Source: Phoronis australis
Lineage: Eukaryota; Animalia; Phoronida
DNA length: 64,000 bases
Reading direction: 5' to 3'
Assembly (NCBI GenBank): GCA_002633005.1
Contig: NMRA01000490.1
Coordinates: 262,475 to 326,474 of the forward strand
Under the pieces are notes generated by a model. It saw only the letters and a program-made list of their open reading frames with translations, made no database searches and was not told where the DNA came from. Below, piece after piece: positions 62,201 to 64,000 of this stretch. Each line of letters opens with the position of its first letter. Positions within the stretch are counted from its first letter, which is position 1. Position numbers and translations under genes: made by a program.

Positions 62201-64000
62201 ATGTTGTTATGCATTTGTGTAAACTTTTGTTTCCATGGTATTTTCAGTGAATTGTTGGAAATCAGAAATTTTGCTTTAGCTTAACTTTACTTGAACTCAT
62301 TACCATACTTATTGTTTTCATGAATGAATTCAAAAATTGTGTAAGTATTAAAACAAAATGATAATTTGAAAAACTTGCAAAATTGCTTTTTTCGATTTCA
62401 TCTTAAACATTTATTCAAAAGACAGGAAAAATTGATCATGTTGTTTTGCTTAGAATGTACTTTTCTGTTTTGCTAAGTTTTACTACAAGGACACGGTCAC
62501 GTGACCCAACTAATGACAGACTTGTGCTGTAAGAGAGAAATTTTATGTGCTTTTTAGGTTCAGAATAAATTGATATACCTTTACTGGGTTAAAATCATAC
62601 ATTTTGTGGTTATTTGGCTAAATACAAAGATTTGTCAATAAGCCCTGCATACCCTTAAGTGCACTATAATATTTGTTCCTACAGAGCCAGCCTCCCTTGT
62701 TCAATGGTGCAAGAGACGTGTTCTTCCAAATACTGCCTGACCGGCTAACCTCACAGGACTACTTCAAACACATAGCTAGGATCACTGTCCCAGTAGGTAG
62801 TGTGCAGGCGTGTTTCTTATGAGTAAATCTGTGCCATGTAAGACCACTGAAATTGGCGACACAGAAGCTAAGATTTTGCGAGTGAGCTCGATACCTTGGT
62901 GTGGTAGACTAGCAAAATAGCCACCAATGAAGTAATTGGTCACGGAGGCTAGGATGTGGAATTATGGGAGAAATGTGCAGTCTCGATTTCAAAAATGAAG
63001 ATTTCTGGCCACAACTGCAAGTGTCTTGTAGTTTTAGAAGTCAGCTCTGTTGGTCTCCTCATGCGATCTTGATGTATGTTGTTTACTCACATTATATTTA
63101 AAACGGACGCCTGATAGTGGTTACAGTCCCTTTTAAAACGCACTTTAGCATTGACCCATTCATAATGTAAGGAGAAAGCTTAGTTTTAGATGGCAAAGTT
63201 TGGCCATTCTTGTATTTATACTAGTAACGCTGTACGGCATAATTTGGTTATGTATTCTTAGACTGGTAACATTTGCTCATAGGATGACAAGGCTGGTGAA
63301 CGAACATTCATCACTTTGGGTTTCTGGGATGTTGTAAGCTTGTTGGCTTACAACACCAAAGAGAAGCTTGTATACTACATCGGCACTGGAGGTGATCCAC
63401 GCAAACGGCACCTGTACAGGTGAGTGTGCACCTCAACTAGTGTAATCCTGAAGATACTGGTTCAAATACTGACCACTGTTTTCGACCAATCACGTGGTAT
63501 CTGACCACTGTTTTCGACCAATCACGTGGCATCAAATCACATTTCTATGATTAAGCCAGTCAGCTGTAAACCAATGTGGTATTCAACCAAGTGTTTTGAG
63601 TAGGTTTACTCGATTTCGTTTCAATGTCACAATTTCCTCAACATTCTCCACACTACTCTGGCTGACAGTTATACTCTTTTGGTTTGAATATTCACTGTGT
63701 GCTGATGAGTTAGGCATGCATCTTTTAATTTTTTATTTATTTATTAATGTAATATTTACAATGAGGGTTGGTCTGTCATGAAAGTGGTGTACTCAGGGAT
63801 ATTGATGTTGAAATGTGTCACAATTGAATGGTCACCGTGGCAACCAATGCTGTACATGATCATTCGCAGAATGTTTGTTTGATGCCTACCCTTTATCTTC
63901 AGCGTCGGTGACATTGATTCGTCAAATCGTCGTCAAGTGACTTGCCTGTCATGCAACATCAGTGCTGATTGCCAGTACGTGTCGGCCGTGTTCAGTCCAA
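23035..64000 (+). CDS. DPP10: DPP6/DPP10-like dipeptidyl aminopeptidase-like protein (S9B family, type II membrane), multi-exon, 3' end outside window. Model: join(23035..23223,54655..54769,55521..55616,56345..56442,56839..56913,57451..57600,58091..58211,59053..59213,60487..60602,61126..61252,61562..61606,62685..62792,63283..63419,63903..>64000)
   Basis: Manual splicing gives one open frame with AG acceptors, GT donors (one GC) and matching phases at every junction. It contains [38 protein letters not shown] (cf. DPP6 [29 protein letters not shown]), [50 protein letters not shown] and CLSC, all DPP4/6/10 propeller motifs. DPP6 and DPP10 cannot be told apart; probably an invertebrate co-orthologue. 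Confidence 0.93.
24510..24756. mobile_element. Degenerate inverted-repeat (MITE-like) element
   Basis: catccgaaacacctcgag (24529-24546) is an imperfect inverse of ctcgaggtgttccgaatg (24716-24733); outer ends uncertain. Confidence 0.5.
26960..27159 (+). mobile_element. Probable 3' tail fragment of a non-LTR retrotransposon (CR1/L2-like)
   Basis: T-rich tract, short structured segment (ggtcccacttgaaaattagtg...actgaagggg) and terminal (AAAT)n tail; no RT coding sequence seen. Confidence 0.4.
27796..27846 (+). CDS. Candidate alternative first coding exon ([17 protein letters not shown])
   Basis: gacATGG start, phase-0 donor ACA|GTAAGT at 27847, located at the CpG-rich to CpG-poor boundary. Confidence 0.6.
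38247..38320. repeat. Perfect 37-bp tandem duplication
   Basis: catatgtcaatctgttggatgctgttgttctatccaa x2. Confidence 0.95.
39281..39644. repeat. Degenerate minisatellite, about 38-bp unit (taagtttggtttgcatattttttaagttaagggg...), about 9 copies
   Basis: Recurring tttggtttg...ttttaagtt at regular spacing. Confidence 0.8.
40338..40508. repeat. 19-bp G-rich minisatellite (aagggagggggacatgttc), about 9 copies
   Basis: Direct tandem units; they explain ORF 40285..40698. Confidence 0.95.
42560..43600. repeat. About 15-bp minisatellite (atagaagtctgtgca-like), interrupted by an insertion
   Basis: Units at about 42560-42655 and 43130-43600; they explain the QTSIA-repeat ORFs. Confidence 0.9.
42657..43127. 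mobile_element. About 470-bp MITE inserted in the minisatellite
   Basis: Imperfect TIRs gggtctttcatact ... aatatgaaagggcc, TA on both sides, CpG-rich interior unlike the CpG-poor flanks. Confidence 0.7.
48868..48929. repeat. 17-bp tandem repeat (ggataagtaccncttag-like), about 3.6 copies
   Basis: Direct inspection. Confidence 0.8.
49148..49309 (+). CDS. Candidate alternative first coding exon (54 aa: [54 protein letters not shown])
   Basis: gtcATGG start, protein-like composition in a local CpG-retaining patch, phase-0 donor CAG|GTATTC at 49310. Confidence 0.6.
54422..54630. repeat. Degenerate (ATA/ATG)n trinucleotide microsatellite just upstream of the shared acceptor
   Basis: Low-complexity ataataatgatgata tract; explains the Ile/Met-rich ORF 54396..54680. 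Confidence 0.9.
54655..54769 (+). CDS. DPP10: First shared exon: juxtamembrane segment and transmembrane anchor ([38 protein letters not shown])
   Basis: tttcag acceptor, 115 nt, phase 0 to 1, donor gtaggt; near-identical to the DPP6/DPP10 TM exon. Confidence 0.96.
55521..55616 (+). CDS. DPP10: Shared exon ([31 protein letters not shown])
   Basis: tttacag acceptor, 96 nt, phase 1 to 1, donor gtacgt. Confidence 0.9.
56345..56442 (+). CDS. DPP10: Shared exon ([32 protein letters not shown])
   Basis: ctttcag acceptor, 98 nt, phase 1 to 0, donor gtaagt. Confidence 0.9.
56839..56913 (+). CDS. DPP10: Shared exon ([25 protein letters not shown])
   Basis: tttcag acceptor, 75 nt, phase 0 to 0, donor gtaaat; SPD motif. 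Confidence 0.93.
57001..57207. repeat. Diverged tandem repeat, about 92-bp unit x2.3 (intronic)
   Basis: cagtacaggttgtt...gaaggtggtgca...ttcc recurs at about 57001, 57091 and 57185. Confidence 0.8.
57451..57600 (+). CDS. DPP10: Shared exon ([50 protein letters not shown])
   Basis: ttccgtag acceptor, 150 nt, phase 0 to 0, donor gtaagt; YRH and WSPxG motifs. Confidence 0.93.
58091..58211 (+). CDS. DPP10: Shared exon ([40 protein letters not shown])
   Basis: ttacag acceptor, 121 nt, phase 0 to 1, donor gtgagg; NGxxDWLYE signature. Confidence 0.96.
59053..59213 (+). CDS. DPP10: Shared exon ([53 protein letters not shown])
   Basis: ttttcag acceptor, 161 nt, phase 1 to 0, donor gtaagt; completes DWLYEEE; ALWWS and FNDT motifs. 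Confidence 0.96.
59546..59793. repeat. 31-bp minisatellite (gagaggttgtgaacactcttgacagtacagt) x8 (intronic)
   Basis: Highly homogeneous head-to-tail units with no spacers. Confidence 0.97.
60487..60602 (+). CDS. DPP10: Shared exon ([38 protein letters not shown])
   Basis: tttcag acceptor, 116 nt, phase 0 to 2, donor gtgagc; completes YPxAG..NPTVKL. Confidence 0.92.
61126..61252 (+). CDS. DPP10: Shared exon ending at a GC donor ([42 protein letters not shown])
   Basis: cctgcag acceptor, 127 nt, phase 2 to 0, donor GAG|GCAAGT; WLNRAQN motif. Confidence 0.9.
61562..61606 (+). CDS. DPP10: Shared short exon ([15 protein letters not shown])
   Basis: ttttcag acceptor, 45 nt, phase 0 to 0, donor gtgagt; H-E...GWV motif. 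Confidence 0.9.
61918..62096. mobile_element. Foldback or MITE-like hairpin with about 70-bp arms (intronic)
   Basis: tcagttataatagttaaacagaatag...atgttcacgtcacatcacagtg pairs with cactgtgatgtcatgtgaacat...ctattctgtttgactattgtaactga. Confidence 0.8.
62685..62792 (+). CDS. DPP10: Shared exon ([36 protein letters not shown])
   Basis: cctacag acceptor, 108 nt, phase 0 to 0, donor gtaggt; PxF...FxHI motif. Confidence 0.9.
63283..63419 (+). CDS. DPP10: Shared exon ([45 protein letters not shown])
   Basis: ctcatag acceptor, 137 nt, phase 0 to 2, donor gtgagt; ITxGxWDV and PRxRHLY motifs. Confidence 0.94.
63469..63532. repeat. 32-bp tandem duplication (intronic)
   Basis: ctgaccactgttttcgaccaatcacgtgg(t/c)at x2. 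Confidence 0.93.
63903..64000 (+). CDS. DPP10: Shared exon truncated by the window end ([32 protein letters not shown])
   Basis: tcttcag acceptor, phase 2; CLSC...C...FSP motif of the DPP4 family. Confidence 0.94.

Overview
This window is animal (invertebrate-looking, about 40% GC, intron-rich) genomic DNA rather than prokaryotic, so nearly all entries in the ORF track are chance ORFs. It holds the 5' part of one large + strand gene for a DPP6/DPP10-like type II membrane protein (peptidase family S9B, Kv4 auxiliary-subunit type). I assembled by hand 13 phase-consistent shared exons (54655 to the window end, about 482 codons). They encode [14 protein letters not shown], a transmembrane helix and the beta-propeller including DWLYEEE, and one intron uses a GC donor. 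The catalytic domain lies beyond the window. The 54 kb upstream carries an array of candidate alternative first exons (ATG ... phase-0 GT donor), each able to splice to the same phase-0 acceptor at 54655. One begins MAAGVAANL, nearly identical to the N-terminus of vertebrate Kv4.2/Kv4.3 (MAAGVAAWL). Other features are a sharp drop in CpG at about 28 kb, a 1.5 kb near-duplicate split by a single N (probably two haplotypes) whose copies differ by two MITE insertions, several more MITEs or foldbacks, and minisatellites.
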